The notes under the pieces: model-generated | What the model was told of the DNA's origin: nothing | The model's database searches: none | The model's input: the letters and a program-made list of their open reading frames with translations, nothing else | Program-made: the position numbers and the translations under genes | Shown here: positions 39,824 through 49,560 of the stretch, one piece after another | Position numbering within the stretch: position 1 is the stretch's first letter | Layout of the letters: each line of letters opens with the position of its first letter | NCBI GenBank assembly: GCA_026986775.1 | Contig: JALSNX010000009.1 | Coordinates: 54,450 to 118,449, forward strand | Direction of reading: 5' to 3' | Source: a candidate division WOR-3 bacterium | Lineage (GTDB): Bacteria; Hydrothermota; Hydrothermia; UBA1063; CAJXJZ01 | DNA: 64,000 nucleotides

Positions 39824-40943
39824 TATAACAATTATAGGCTCTGGTATAGCGGCAAAAAGCCTCTCACAGAGGCTTTTAAAGTTGAAATTTCAGGGTAAAA
39901 TCACGGTATATACAAAGGACAGTGTCCCCTATTCCAGAATGGCTATACTGGATGTTCTCAAACAGGATATTGAGAAGGATTCCATAAGCCTCAATTTTCC
40001 AGAAGAGGTGGAGATTTACACAGAAAAGGAAGTAGTCAAAATCAATGCCGATAGTAAAACGATTATCTTCAAAGACAATCAAAGGGCAAGATATGAGAAA
40101 CTCGTTATTGCCACAGGTGCAACCCCCAAAAGACTTCAATTTGAAAATGCTGAAATACCTGTTTTAACCATAAGGGACATTGAAGATGTTGAAAAAATAG
40201 ACATGCTCATTAAAGAGGGTAAAAAGAAAGCGGTTTTATTAGGGGGCGGTTTCATCAATATGGAGATGGCAAACGCCCTTTATAAAAGAGGGGTAGATAC
40301 AACTATTTTGGTCTCATCATCCCGTATCCTTTCAAGGATGCTGCCTCAAAAAGCCTCAGAGATTGTTGAAAGAGAACTTGTAAAAAGGGGCATAAAAGTG
40401 ATAAAGAACGCCACTGTGAAGGACATAAAAGGGAATATCCTCCATCTTCATAATGGACACACCATAAAAGCGGATTTCGTTGTGATTGGAAAAGGTGTTA
40501 AAAGGTCACTTATCCCTGTGATATGGAGGGAGAAAGAGTATTCAGAGTACAATGCTAATGAATACTTTAAAACCCCATTCCCTGACATTTTCCTTATAGG
40601 CGACGCTTTAATGACAAAAGACCTGATAAGCGGAAAGTTAAGGCACAATGCTATATGGCCTATAGCAGAAAAAGAGGGGAGATACCTTGCGGATATGCTC
40701 TTTCTCAAAAACAAAAAGCCTTATAAAGGTGATGTGGCCTACAATATGCTCTCTGTGTTTGATATGTTCATTTTTGTGATAGGAGATATAACAGGCAAAA
40801 ATAACAGGGTAAATCTTGAAACGGAAAAATCGCTTTATATGGTTTCTGAAAGAGCAGGGAAAATAACCGGTATTGTAGCAATCAATCATCCCTTGCCTTT
40901 TGCAAGAATAGTAAAAAACTTCATGAGACATGGATATTACTGA
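39810..40943 (+). CDS. aorC: FAD/NAD(P)-binding pyridine-nucleotide-disulfide oxidoreductase-like subunit (AorC-like)
   Basis: N-terminal IIGSGIAA dinucleotide-binding motif and a second GGGFINMEMA Rossmann motif. Confidence 0.8.
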   Translation: MTMSNITIIGSGIAAKSLSQRLLKLKFQGKITVYTKDSVPYSRMAILDVLKQDIEKDSISLNFPEEVEIYTEKEVVKINADSKTIIFKDNQRARYEKLVIATGATPKRLQFENAEIPVLTIRDIEDVEKIDMLIKEGKKKAVLLGGGFINMEMANALYKRGVDTTILVSSSRILSRMLPQKASEIVERELVKRGIKVIKNATVKDIKGNILHLHNGHTIKADFVVIGKGVKRSLIPVIWREKEYSEYNANEYFKTPFPDIFLIGDALMTKDLISGKLRHNAIWPIAEKEGRYLADMLFLKNKKPYKGDVAYNMLSVFDMFIFVIGDITGKNNRVNLETEKSLYMVSERAGKITGIVAINHPLPFARIVKNFMRHGYY

Positions 40944-41355
40944 AATCATTTTTAAACCAATAGGATATATAGAAACCCCATATAAAGACCCAAAAAGTAC
41001 TCCCCCTGACCCTGATGAAAGTGACATAATCGCTAAAATAATCATCTTTCCTGAATATAGAGAATGTATTTTTGGATTGTTTCCCGGCGATACCATACTG
41101 GTTATAAGTTACCTGCACCTTGCAAAATATAAAGGTCCTGTAGTAAAAAGAAGGTGCGATGGCCAGCCGAGAGGTATTTTTGCCACACGTTCACCCTCAA
41201 GACCCAATCCCATAGCCACAAGCATCACAAAGATAGAGGAAATAGAAAACAATATTATTTATGTCAGAGGTATAGACCTCATTGATAAAACACCTATACT
41301 GGATATTAAGATATGGAACGATAAGGGAGGCTACCATGCGAAAACCCATAAGTAG
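40930..41355 (+). CDS. TsaA/YaeB-family (UPF0066) SAM-binding protein
   Basis: GIFATRSPSRPNPIATS ... VRGIDLIDKTPILDIKIW closely parallels the TsaA core. Overlaps the aorC stop. Confidence 0.8.
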   Translation: MDITEIIFKPIGYIETPYKDPKSTPPDPDESDIIAKIIIFPEYRECIFGLFPGDTILVISYLHLAKYKGPVVKRRCDGQPRGIFATRSPSRPNPIATSITKIEEIENNIIYVRGIDLIDKTPILDIKIWNDKGGYHAKTHK

Positions 41356-44300
41356 AAAGGACATTTTGGAATTTTTTGTTTTAACAATGGTGCTTATATT
41401 CTCTACACTCTATGTGAGAAAAAACTTCAGGAAAGCATTTCCTGAGGCATCCCTGCACTTTAATTTAAAAAGAAAAGAGGCCATTGAAAAGGCAGAAAAA
41501 TTGGCACAGAGACTGAATTTTCCCCAAAAGTCTTATAAAAAAGGTGCATTTTTAAGCCATGACAACAATGCCAAGATTTACATAGATAGAGAACTGGGAC
41601 TTGACACATTAAACGCACTTCTTAAGAAAGACGTAAAGGTCTGGTACTGGTATGTCAGACTCTTCAAACCCGGCAAGAAACTGCAGTTTTTCGCAGGTTA
41701 TAATCCTGAAACCGGCAACCTTGTTGGATTTTTTATAGACCTTCCTGAAGACTCCATGATACCGACTGTTCCTCGTGATAGCGCCTATTTAATTGCAACG
41801 GGTTTTCTTAAATCTTCAGGTTACAGACCTTCCTTATTAAAACTCGTTAAGGCAAAGAGTGAAAAACTCAAAAATAGAACCGATTACCTTTTTGAATTTG
41901 AGGATACCTCATTTACCGTAAAGAACGCACATAAGAGGGTGGACGTAAAAATCTCAGGAAACACGGTATCACTTTATAAAACCTATCTCAAAATTCCTGA
42001 AGTATGGCTGAAGAAGTACAGAAAAACAAGGTCAGGCAACAATCTACTTCAGACAGTTGACACATTTTTTGCTATCCTTCTTTTGTTTGTTCCCGCCTTT
42101 TTTCTTGCCTTTCGTGTGCTTAAAGAGAGAAAAAGGGAAAACTTTAAACCTCCTCTTTATCTTGCAATAGCCACTGCCATAGCGTATTTTACGATAACTA
42201 TAAATTCCTCACCTGCAAGTTTTATAATGGGCTACTCTACCCTGGACAGCCCCACGGTCTTTTATATAAAACTCATACTCGGTGGACTTTTGCAGGGTAT
42301 TCTCATGGGAGCATTTGTTTTCATGTTCTATATGGCAGGCAATCTTACATATCCTGCACTCAAGGGTAAACTCCGTCTATCCTCATTTTTTAAGAAAAAA
42401 ACATGGGAAACCGAGGAATTTTTGAAGTCTATATATGCTGGTTATACGCTTGTTGCCTTTGATATGGCTCTTGTTATATCTTACTACATTCTGGGAAAGA
42501 AAATAGGTTTCTGGAGTCCTCCGGATGTACTTTATGACAACAGTGTGATGCTCTCTTACCTGCCCTTCCTTATGCCGATTATGGGTATTGTACCTGCACT
42601 CTTTGAAGAGGGTATGGCAAGGTTTTTCCCCATTCAATTTTACAGAAAGAAACTTGGACTTATTGCGGCACTTGTGCTTCCTGCGGTGCTCTGGGGATTT
42701 CTCCATTCGTCTTATCCTCAAATGCCTTTCTATGTGAGGGGGATTGAGGTATCACTTATGGGGATTATAGCCGGTATTGCAATGCTCAGATACGGCATAC
42801 TTGCAACCGTTGTCTGGCATTATACGTATGATGCATTTCTTATGAGTTATGTTGTTTTCACAAACTTTCCTGTTGCGATAAAAGTGTTAAATGCCATCTT
42901 CGTATTTATCTTCATAATTCCATTTGTTTATGGATTGATGGGCGTGATTAAAAATAAAGGGTTCATTGTTGATGAAGATCTGTTTAATTCTGAAAAGACG
43001 TCTCAAGAACCAAAAGAAGAAGCAACAGATTTTACACTGCCTGAACCCGAAGAAGTAAAACCTCCCATGTACAAATTTGCACCACTGGCTATTTTACTTC
43101 TTTTTGCAGGTATGCTTTTCAAAGCCCCTTATCCTGGTACCATCAGTGATATTGAAAATCCATTAAGGGTTAAAAATAAACTCCTGAAAATTGCAAAAAA
43201 TAAAGTTCACCCACAAAAAAGCGTATTTACAATAAAGAGTATTACCAGAGAGAGGGGATTGGAAGCATATTATATCTATACTCAAAGGGGTATTTCAGGA
43301 CTAAAAAATTATATAAAACACATGCCACTCAACTTTTATTATATGAGGTTCTTTGAACCTGAGAAGATACACGAGTATCGCCTCTTTGCAAAACTTTCTG
43401 GAAAACTATATAGCCAGTCAATTATGCTTCCTGAAACAGCGTACATGCCTTATGTGAGCAAGGATTCTGCCTATCAGATTGCCATTAACTATTTAAACAA
43501 GAGAGGATTTCCGTCTTACAACATCATAACTATTTCAGCAGAGGAGAAAAAACTCAAGAACAGAACAGACTATCTTTTTGTTTTTGAAGATACCACGAGA
43601 GCGATAAAAGATGCCAGATTTAGAATTAAAGTTAATGTCATAGGTGGCAATGTTTCTGGATTTACTGAATTTTATCATATACCGGAAAGATTTGTGAGAG
43701 AGCACAACAAAGGCACAATAATTTCAACACTTTACCTGCTTATGCGTGTTCTGTTCTTTATTATTGTAATACTAATTCTTGCTGTATTTTTCAAAAACTT
43801 CAAAGTGAAAGTTATAAAAATTGCTTACTCTTTACTTGTTCCAGCACTTATACTTCTTTTGTCAGGAGTGCCATTTTCTCTTGAAAGGTATATTGCGAGT
43901 TACGATACATCCATACCCTATACCAGTTTCTTAACCCAGAGCGTTGTGGGCATTTTAACTGGCCTGATATTTGCCTGGGTGTTTTCACTATTTCTATGGG
44001 CATTTATCTTTTCTCTGGAGGACCTGCACAAATTCAATAAAGGCCATTTGTTTACTTTTAATTCAATATCAGGTGGATTCCTTGCATGGGCGTTATTTAA
44101 AGGTACTCACATTATAATTTACAGATTACTTCTTGAACTTGGCCTTCCTGTGCATGACCTTGTTGTATCCAGACATGTTCTTCTTGTGAATCCATTTCAA
44201 TTTTTTGCTGTATCCTCAAATACCGTGCTTATGCTTATTATATTTACCCCCGTTATAGTGCTGTATTTTTACGGAATAAAGCGATTTTCCATACCTGTGA

Positions 44301-44626
44301 AAACCGCGCTGATAATTTTACTGGGGAGTATCCTTTTTTCCCCTACACCACATACACTTTCAGAATTCGCGTCTGTATTTATAGCATCTTTATTAATCGC
44401 TCTATCACTCGTACTCAGTGAGAGGCTATTTATACAGGACAATATAATGGCATTCTCAATAGGTGTTACTCTGTACTTCATTCCCTTTAATGACATAGCC
44501 GCACTATTCAAAATGGGTGGGATTTACATTATAAATGGGCTGTTAAGTGTCATTATTCCCCTCTTAATTGTGCTTTACATTTTTCTGAAAGGACAGGAGT
44601 ATGGACAGACAGGAAATTCACACTAA
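41336..44626 (+). CDS. Giant (about 1100 aa) internally duplicated membrane protein carrying a CPBP-family (CAAX/Abi) intramembrane metalloprotease domain in its first half
   Basis: CPBP motifs EEGMARF (EExxxR), GFLHS (FxxxH) and HYTYDAF (HxxxD) lie in half 1. Both halves contain a near-identical KLKNRTDYLF(E/V)FEDT module. Probable start is the ATG at 41336 with a GGGAGG RBS; the ORF track begins at 41282. Confidence 0.7.
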   Translation: MRKPISRKDILEFFVLTMVLIFSTLYVRKNFRKAFPEASLHFNLKRKEAIEKAEKLAQRLNFPQKSYKKGAFLSHDNNAKIYIDRELGLDTLNALLKKDVKVWYWYVRLFKPGKKLQFFAGYNPETGNLVGFFIDLPEDSMIPTVPRDSAYLIATGFLKSSGYRPSLLKLVKAKSEKLKNRTDYLFEFEDTSFTVKNAHKRVDVKISGNTVSLYKTYLKIPEVWLKKYRKTRSGNNLLQTVDTFFAILLLFVPAFFLAFRVLKERKRENFKPPLYLAIATAIAYFTITINSSPASFIMGYSTLDSPTVFYIKLILGGLLQGILMGAFVFMFYMAGNLTYPALKGKLRLSSFFKKKTWETEEFLKSIYAGYTLVAFDMALVISYYILGKKIGFWSPPDVLYDNSVMLSYLPFLMPIMGIVPALFEEGMARFFPIQFYRKKLGLIAALVLPAVLWGFLHSSYPQMPFYVRGIEVSLMGIIAGIAMLRYGILATVVWHYTYDAFLMSYVVFTNFPVAIKVLNAIFVFIFIIPFVYGLMGVIKNKGFIVDEDLFNSEKTSQEPKEEATDFTLPEPEEVKPPMYKFAPLAILLLFAGMLFKAPYPGTISDIENPLRVKNKLLKIAKNKVHPQKSVFTIKSITRERGLEAYYIYTQRGISGLKNYIKHMPLNFYYMRFFEPEKIHEYRLFAKLSGKLYSQSIMLPETAYMPYVSKDSAYQIAINYLNKRGFPSYNIITISAEEKKLKNRTDYLFVFEDTTRAIKDARFRIKVNVIGGNVSGFTEFYHIPERFVREHNKGTIISTLYLLMRVLFFIIVILILAVFFKNFKVKVIKIAYSLLVPALILLLSGVPFSLERYIASYDTSIPYTSFLTQSVVGILTGLIFAWVFSLFLWAFIFSLEDLHKFNKGHLFTFNSISGGFLAWALFKGTHIIIYRLLLELGLPVHDLVVSRHVLLVNPFQFFAVSSNTVLMLIIFTPVIVLYFYGIKRFSIPVKTALIILLGSILFSPTPHTLSEFASVFIASLLIALSLVLSERLFIQDNIMAFSIGVTLYFIPFNDIAALFKMGGIYIINGLLSVIIPLLIVLYIFLKGQEYGQTGNSH

Positions 44627-45230
44627 AGGTGAGGAAATAGCCAATGCTATAACACATGGCATAGGAGTTATTTTCTCAATAGTGGCAATTGTGCTCCTTG
44701 TTGTATTTTCAGTGCACAGGGGACCCAGGTATGTTGTGAGTGTGAGTATCTACGGTGCGACACTTTTTATTCTTTATCTTGCTTCAACCCTGTATCACAG
44801 TTTCACCGGAAAAGCTAAAAACATTTTCAGGATCTTTGATCACTCAGCTATTTATTTGCTCATAGCAGGCACTTACACTCCGTTCACATTTTTAATAATG
44901 GAGGGATGGAAGAGATGGTTTCTGTTCGGACTTATATGGGCCCTTGCAATTACAGGTATTCTATTTAAGGTGTTTTTTACAGGCAGGTTTACCTTTCTTT
45001 CAACCCTTCTTTATATTCTAATGGGCTGGATTGTGGTACTATTTATCAGGACTATTATTCATGCAATGCCATCATCTGGCCTATGGCTACTTGTTGCCGG
45101 CGGCCTCTCTTACACAATCGGAGCGGTATTCTACCTCTTCAAGTGGTTTAAATTTCATCATGCCGTGTGGCATCTTTTTGTCCTTGCGGGCAGTATTCTG
45201 CACTTTCTGGCGATTTTGACGATACTATAA
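44601..45230 (+). CDS. Hemolysin-III / PAQR-family channel protein
   Basis: Seven transmembrane helices. N-terminal EEIANAITHGIG and the conserved His-containing motifs of the HlyIII family. Confidence 0.85.
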   Translation: MDRQEIHTKGEEIANAITHGIGVIFSIVAIVLLVVFSVHRGPRYVVSVSIYGATLFILYLASTLYHSFTGKAKNIFRIFDHSAIYLLIAGTYTPFTFLIMEGWKRWFLFGLIWALAITGILFKVFFTGRFTFLSTLLYILMGWIVVLFIRTIIHAMPSSGLWLLVAGGLSYTIGAVFYLFKWFKFHHAVWHLFVLAGSILHFLAILTIL

Positions 45231-45842
45231 CTTACTCAATACGAGTGCAAAACTTCCTTCCTGATAGTTTAATTCAATTATTCTGCCTTCCAGGCCATGT
45301 TTTTCAGCTATTCTAATAAGACTTTCAGGTGTTTTGAAGTCAATTCTATCACCAACCACCACATTATAAAACCTTCTATGAAGTTCAGTAAACGGTGTTT
45401 TATTTGTGTAGGTCAGAAAAGCAAGGCCATCATCATAGAGCAGGGATTTTATCTTGAGGAAGGCTCTATCCGTATCAAGAAGTATGAACACATGGAGACT
45501 CACTATAAGGTCAAAAGTTCCAACTATTTCAAAAAAATCAGCCTTTTTAAAGGATACATTTGATAGATGCCTCTTTTTCGCATGGTCTATTGATTTTTGA
45601 GAGGTATCAATGGAAAATATTTTTGAAGATGGGAAACGATAGGATAAAAGCCTTGTAAAAAAGCCGTTGCCACATCCAACTTCAAGTATTTTCTTCGGCC
45701 TCGGGCTTAACTCATAAGAAAAATCTAAAAAACCTTTAACAAGGCTACGGCGCCAGACATTCAGGGGATATACCAAAAAGGCCATTTCCCTCATAATAAA
45801 CATGTCATAGTACCTTTCACCAATGGGAAGCTTTAACTTCAT
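45225..45842 (-). CDS. Class I SAM-dependent methyltransferase
   Basis: ILEVGCGNGFFT motif I. Confidence 0.8.
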   Translation of the reverse strand: MKLKLPIGERYYDMFIMREMAFLVYPLNVWRRSLVKGFLDFSYELSPRPKKILEVGCGNGFFTRLLSYRFPSSKIFSIDTSQKSIDHAKKRHLSNVSFKKADFFEIVGTFDLIVSLHVFILLDTDRAFLKIKSLLYDDGLAFLTYTNKTPFTELHRRFYNVVVGDRIDFKTPESLIRIAEKHGLEGRIIELNYQEGSFALVLSKL

Positions 45843-46693
45843 GAAAGGTTGTATTTAAGAACTATGTCCATATTTTTTGCGCCTATGTCCTTTGCAACAA
45901 CAGGACACTTGACCTTAAGCAAAAAGAAAATTGGCCTTTTTTCATCTGAAAGTGTCTCGTAATTGCCCTGTCCTTTGGCTATTATCATGGGAACCTCATA
46001 AAACAACTGCCTGAATTCAGATGTGGTATGCTTTATTATGGTGCCCGGTGCCGTTGATCCGGAGGACATAACATTAGCTACCTCGGAAAGTCCGCAGAAT
46101 TCGGCATCATCAATCGTTATATCGTTTATAACAGGCTCTTCTCTCGTTATAAAGTACACCTTTTTTTTCATGTTATTTAAGACCTCCACAAGCACCCTGT
46201 CAAAGCATATCTCTCCTGCATTGTCACCTATGTACATTATCTCTTTAGCATCTTCAAGAACCTCTTTGAACTTCTCATAATCAAAAATAGCAAAATCCTG
46301 TGATAGTGCCTGCTTCAAAGATTCTCCAACATCAAATTCAGATAAAGAGCCAAAGTCTATAATATTTCCTGCAATGGCTATCCTGATTGCCATTAAAAGT
46401 GGGTCATCTGCCTCATTGACCAGCTTCCTCAGTTCAGGAAGCATTTTCATACCAAGTTCATTATACTTTCGTTTCTCCTCCCTATAAGGGTCTATATTAC
46501 CCGTCACCTTTTTCACGATACCATGTATCCTCTCCCCCATTTCCACAGGAGTTGCATCAAGTGGAAACTTTTTAAGCTCCTCTGCCACTCTGTCAAGGAC
46601 TTTTCTCTGCAATTTAACATCATCCGTTGAAATCCTCGCTGCAAAAAGCGCCTGCCTCATAAAACACGGAAAGCAATCAAGATAGGTCTTCAT
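45839..46693 (-). CDS. DUF89 (ARMT1-like damage-control phosphatase) family protein
   Basis: YLDCFPCF, IAGNIIDFG, IGDNAGEICFDRVL and KGQGNYETL motifs. The likely start is the ATG at 46693, which overlaps the upstream gene's TGA. The track's longer 316-aa version (to 46789) overlaps the upstream CDS. Confidence 0.7.
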   Translation of the reverse strand: MKTYLDCFPCFMRQALFAARISTDDVKLQRKVLDRVAEELKKFPLDATPVEMGERIHGIVKKVTGNIDPYREEKRKYNELGMKMLPELRKLVNEADDPLLMAIRIAIAGNIIDFGSLSEFDVGESLKQALSQDFAIFDYEKFKEVLEDAKEIMYIGDNAGEICFDRVLVEVLNNMKKKVYFITREEPVINDITIDDAEFCGLSEVANVMSSGSTAPGTIIKHTTSEFRQLFYEVPMIIAKGQGNYETLSDEKRPIFFLLKVKCPVVAKDIGAKNMDIVLKYNLS

Positions 46694-48762
46694 CTTTTCT
46701 CCTTTATGACAAATTTGCCTCTTTCCCCATCTTTTGTTGTGATAATATAAAGACCGGGGAAAAGGTTTTTTGTGGATAATACATGGCATCCTTCATTGAA
46801 TTTCTCTATTTTTTTGCCATTAAGTGTGGTTACAATAAATGAGGATTCGGCACAAACAGTAATTTTTTCACCTCTTATCACAGGATTTGGAAAAACCTTT
46901 ATACTCCCTTTGCCATATTCTGGTTCATCTAATTTTAAGACAAGTATCCCCTCTTTTCCACCAACGTACATGTTTAAATCATCGTCAACAACAAGAACGT
47001 TTCTCACCTCCCAGTCTGCTGCCTGAACTGGAACAATAGGTGGGGAGGAAAGAAGCATTCTGGCAGTGTAATCTGAGGTGTTTATGAAATACAGAGCAGA
47101 ATCAGTCAGGGCATAGAGTCTTCTAAATCTATCCACGGCAAGACTGCGTATTCTTGTATTGCTCATTATTCTGTGCGGAACGAAATTCATATCAAAGAGT
47201 ACAAGACCGCCATCAGTACCAACAGCCATTAAGGAATCCGAACTCAAAAGCGCTGTGATAGCAGGAGAAGGAAGTTCATAGTTTATGGCTCTTATCACAT
47301 TTCCCATGGCGTCAACGACCACAATACCTGATGCCTCTGTGCCGATCCATACCCTCCTTTTAGCATCCACGGAAATCCAAGAAGGATAATTGACATCATA
47401 GAGCATGGAAGTGTTCCCACCACTCCATCTGTATATTCCATCTCCCCACAGGGCAAGAAATGTATCTTCCCCTACCCACAGGTCAGTAAACAAGAGGGAT
47501 GGGAAATGGGTTAAGTGCTCCACAACACCGTTATCGTAAACAAAAAGACCCTTTGAATCAAGGGCATAGGCTCCAAAAAAGACCTTTTTATTACCATATC
47601 TTACAATTCTAATAGCATCCGATGTTGAATTTCCAATAGAGTCAACAAAAAACACGCTATTAGTCTTCGGGTTAATGCAGAAAGCCTTTGATTTTAAATA
47701 CATGGGTTTATCTCCCCAATCAAGGGTGCCCACAAAAAGGTTCTTTCCATCTGTCCCCATGGTTGTTATAAAATTGGTTGGGATACCGGAATAAAGAGGA
47801 ATAAAACCGTTATCAAAAAGGGCGTAAAGCCCCCCATTGTAATAAACATTTGTGGCTGATGTGATTCTATTTGTGAACATTCTACCTTTAAACTCAAAAA
47901 ATGCATGAGATTTGTCGGTATCAATGTGGTTAATCGTTCCGTCATGAATCAGGTATGCTCCATCTGAACATGCGGCAAATATCGTATCATTCTTTTCATA
48001 AAGGCTGTACACACGACCTGTCTGAAAATGTGTGAAAGTATTTCCATCTTTGATATAAACCCCACCTTCTGTTCCCACCACAATGTTTGTTTTCTTCAAA
48101 ACAGCGGTTATTATCTGTGGGAACACAATTGCATCCTCTGGAGAAGGTAAAAGCACATGCTGAACAAACAGCGTATCTTTTTTTGAATAATACAGTGTAT
48201 CCCCATACACATCAATAGCACCAGTGCTATCAGAGGTTATTACAAAGACATTATCATCGTCTGGATCCAGATTGCCATTGAGTTTTATACGGAGAAGCGA
48301 CCTTGCAAGTTGAAGAAACATGATATCATCGCTTTTTCTAACCGTTTTCGCACTTTTTATACCTGCATATGGGATAAAATACCTTCTAAACTCATTGCTA
48401 TAAGGAAGTTTATAATATAACCCTGAATTCAAAGGGACTGCCCACACCGTATCATTTTCAGCACAAACGGAAAGCACTATGTTATGAGGAAGGCCATGAG
48501 CACTTCCATAAAGACTGAACCCTTTATATACAGCAGAATCACCCTCCTGGACCACATCCCTGAATTTGATTACGCCACCGTTTGTTGCAAGGAAAATAGA
48601 TGAGTCGCATACAGAAAAATCCAGTATCAGTGAATAATTCGTATAATTTTTAAGAGGAATTATCCCCGAAAGAACAATCGCCAGAAGTAAATTCATGTCA
48701 AAATGATAAGTTTCAATGGTTGTATGGGCAAACAGAACCTCCATGTATGTTTGCCTTTTCAA
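46690..48762 (-). CDS. Secreted beta-propeller-like protein with a C-terminal T9SS sorting domain
   Basis: Repetitive beta-strand-rich body. C-terminal KVFPNPVIRGEKITVCAE ... GLYIITTKDGERGKFVIKEKR fits the T9SS type-A CTD. Probable start at an internal Met near 48696, followed by a signal-like MNLLLAIVLSGII. Confidence 0.7.
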   Translation of the reverse strand: MKRQTYMEVLFAHTTIETYHFDMNLLLAIVLSGIIPLKNYTNYSLILDFSVCDSSIFLATNGGVIKFRDVVQEGDSAVYKGFSLYGSAHGLPHNIVLSVCAENDTVWAVPLNSGLYYKLPYSNEFRRYFIPYAGIKSAKTVRKSDDIMFLQLARSLLRIKLNGNLDPDDDNVFVITSDSTGAIDVYGDTLYYSKKDTLFVQHVLLPSPEDAIVFPQIITAVLKKTNIVVGTEGGVYIKDGNTFTHFQTGRVYSLYEKNDTIFAACSDGAYLIHDGTINHIDTDKSHAFFEFKGRMFTNRITSATNVYYNGGLYALFDNGFIPLYSGIPTNFITTMGTDGKNLFVGTLDWGDKPMYLKSKAFCINPKTNSVFFVDSIGNSTSDAIRIVRYGNKKVFFGAYALDSKGLFVYDNGVVEHLTHFPSLLFTDLWVGEDTFLALWGDGIYRWSGGNTSMLYDVNYPSWISVDAKRRVWIGTEASGIVVVDAMGNVIRAINYELPSPAITALLSSDSLMAVGTDGGLVLFDMNFVPHRIMSNTRIRSLAVDRFRRLYALTDSALYFINTSDYTARMLLSSPPIVPVQAADWEVRNVLVVDDDLNMYVGGKEGILVLKLDEPEYGKGSIKVFPNPVIRGEKITVCAESSFIVTTLNGKKIEKFNEGCHVLSTKNLFPGLYIITTKDGERGKFVIKEKR

Positions 48763-48800
48763 AGGAAGTAAGTTATAATTTTAACAAAGTAGGAGGTATC

Positions 48801-49559
48801 ATGGAAAAGGTACTTATATACGGGTGGGGCTCTTCTGAGCACCTGAACATACCCGAGGTAAATGAAGGCCTTGTAAATCTATTTAAAAAAATGAAGGTGG
48901 ACTATGTGATTCACGAGGACGAAGTAACCTGTGCTGAGGGTCTTTCTGGACTTGGCTACGCTGATGAACTTGAAAAGATAGCACCTGTGATAATAAAAGG
49001 GATAGAAAAAGCCGTAAAAGAACACGGAGTTACAATAGCCGTAACACCTTATGCTGCATCGTACTATGCATGGAATTTCACTCTGAAGAACAAGGGTTTT
49101 GAACTTCCCATTCCAATGGTGCATATTACCCAGTATCTCTATGACAATCTTCCAGGACTCAAGTTTAAAGAGTATAAAAAGAGAGTGCTCATACATGATG
49201 GCTGCAGGCTCGGAAGATACGCCAATGTGGTAAAGGAGCCAAGAGAGGTTTTAAAGGCAATTCCAGGGCTTGAACTCGTTGAAATATACCATCCCGAACT
49301 TGAGGTTGGAGTGAGGAACTTAAAGCCATGGGATACATCACCATGTCCCGGAGGCTGGCTTGAAATTATCATGCAACCCCTTATGAAGCATGTGGCAAAA
49401 AACGTAATAGACAGATACGTTATGCCCCAGACTCCCGACATAGTCACCTCTACCTGTGCAAACGGTTATCACGCATTCAAGGCAGGACAGGAATTTGGAA
49501 AACACAATGTGGAGGTAAAGTTCTTTTCAAACATAGTTGAAGAGGCACTGGAGGGATAA
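48801..49559 (+). CDS. (Fe-S)-binding CCG-domain protein (LutA/GlpC-like)
   Basis: Two Cys-rich CCG-type segments (HDGCRLGRY; SPCPGG ... TCANGY). AGGAGG RBS before the ATG at 48801. Confidence 0.75.
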   Translation: MEKVLIYGWGSSEHLNIPEVNEGLVNLFKKMKVDYVIHEDEVTCAEGLSGLGYADELEKIAPVIIKGIEKAVKEHGVTIAVTPYAASYYAWNFTLKNKGFELPIPMVHITQYLYDNLPGLKFKEYKKRVLIHDGCRLGRYANVVKEPREVLKAIPGLELVEIYHPELEVGVRNLKPWDTSPCPGGWLEIIMQPLMKHVAKNVIDRYVMPQTPDIVTSTCANGYHAFKAGQEFGKHNVEVKFFSNIVEEALEG

Positions 49560-49560
49560 A

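Noticed and set aside
40930-41355. Assigning the TsaA-like gene as AorD/AorE of the Aromatoleum aor operon
   Set aside because: I cannot recall that AorD or AorE belongs to the TsaA/YaeB family. The call is kept as a TsaA-family protein without an aor gene symbol.
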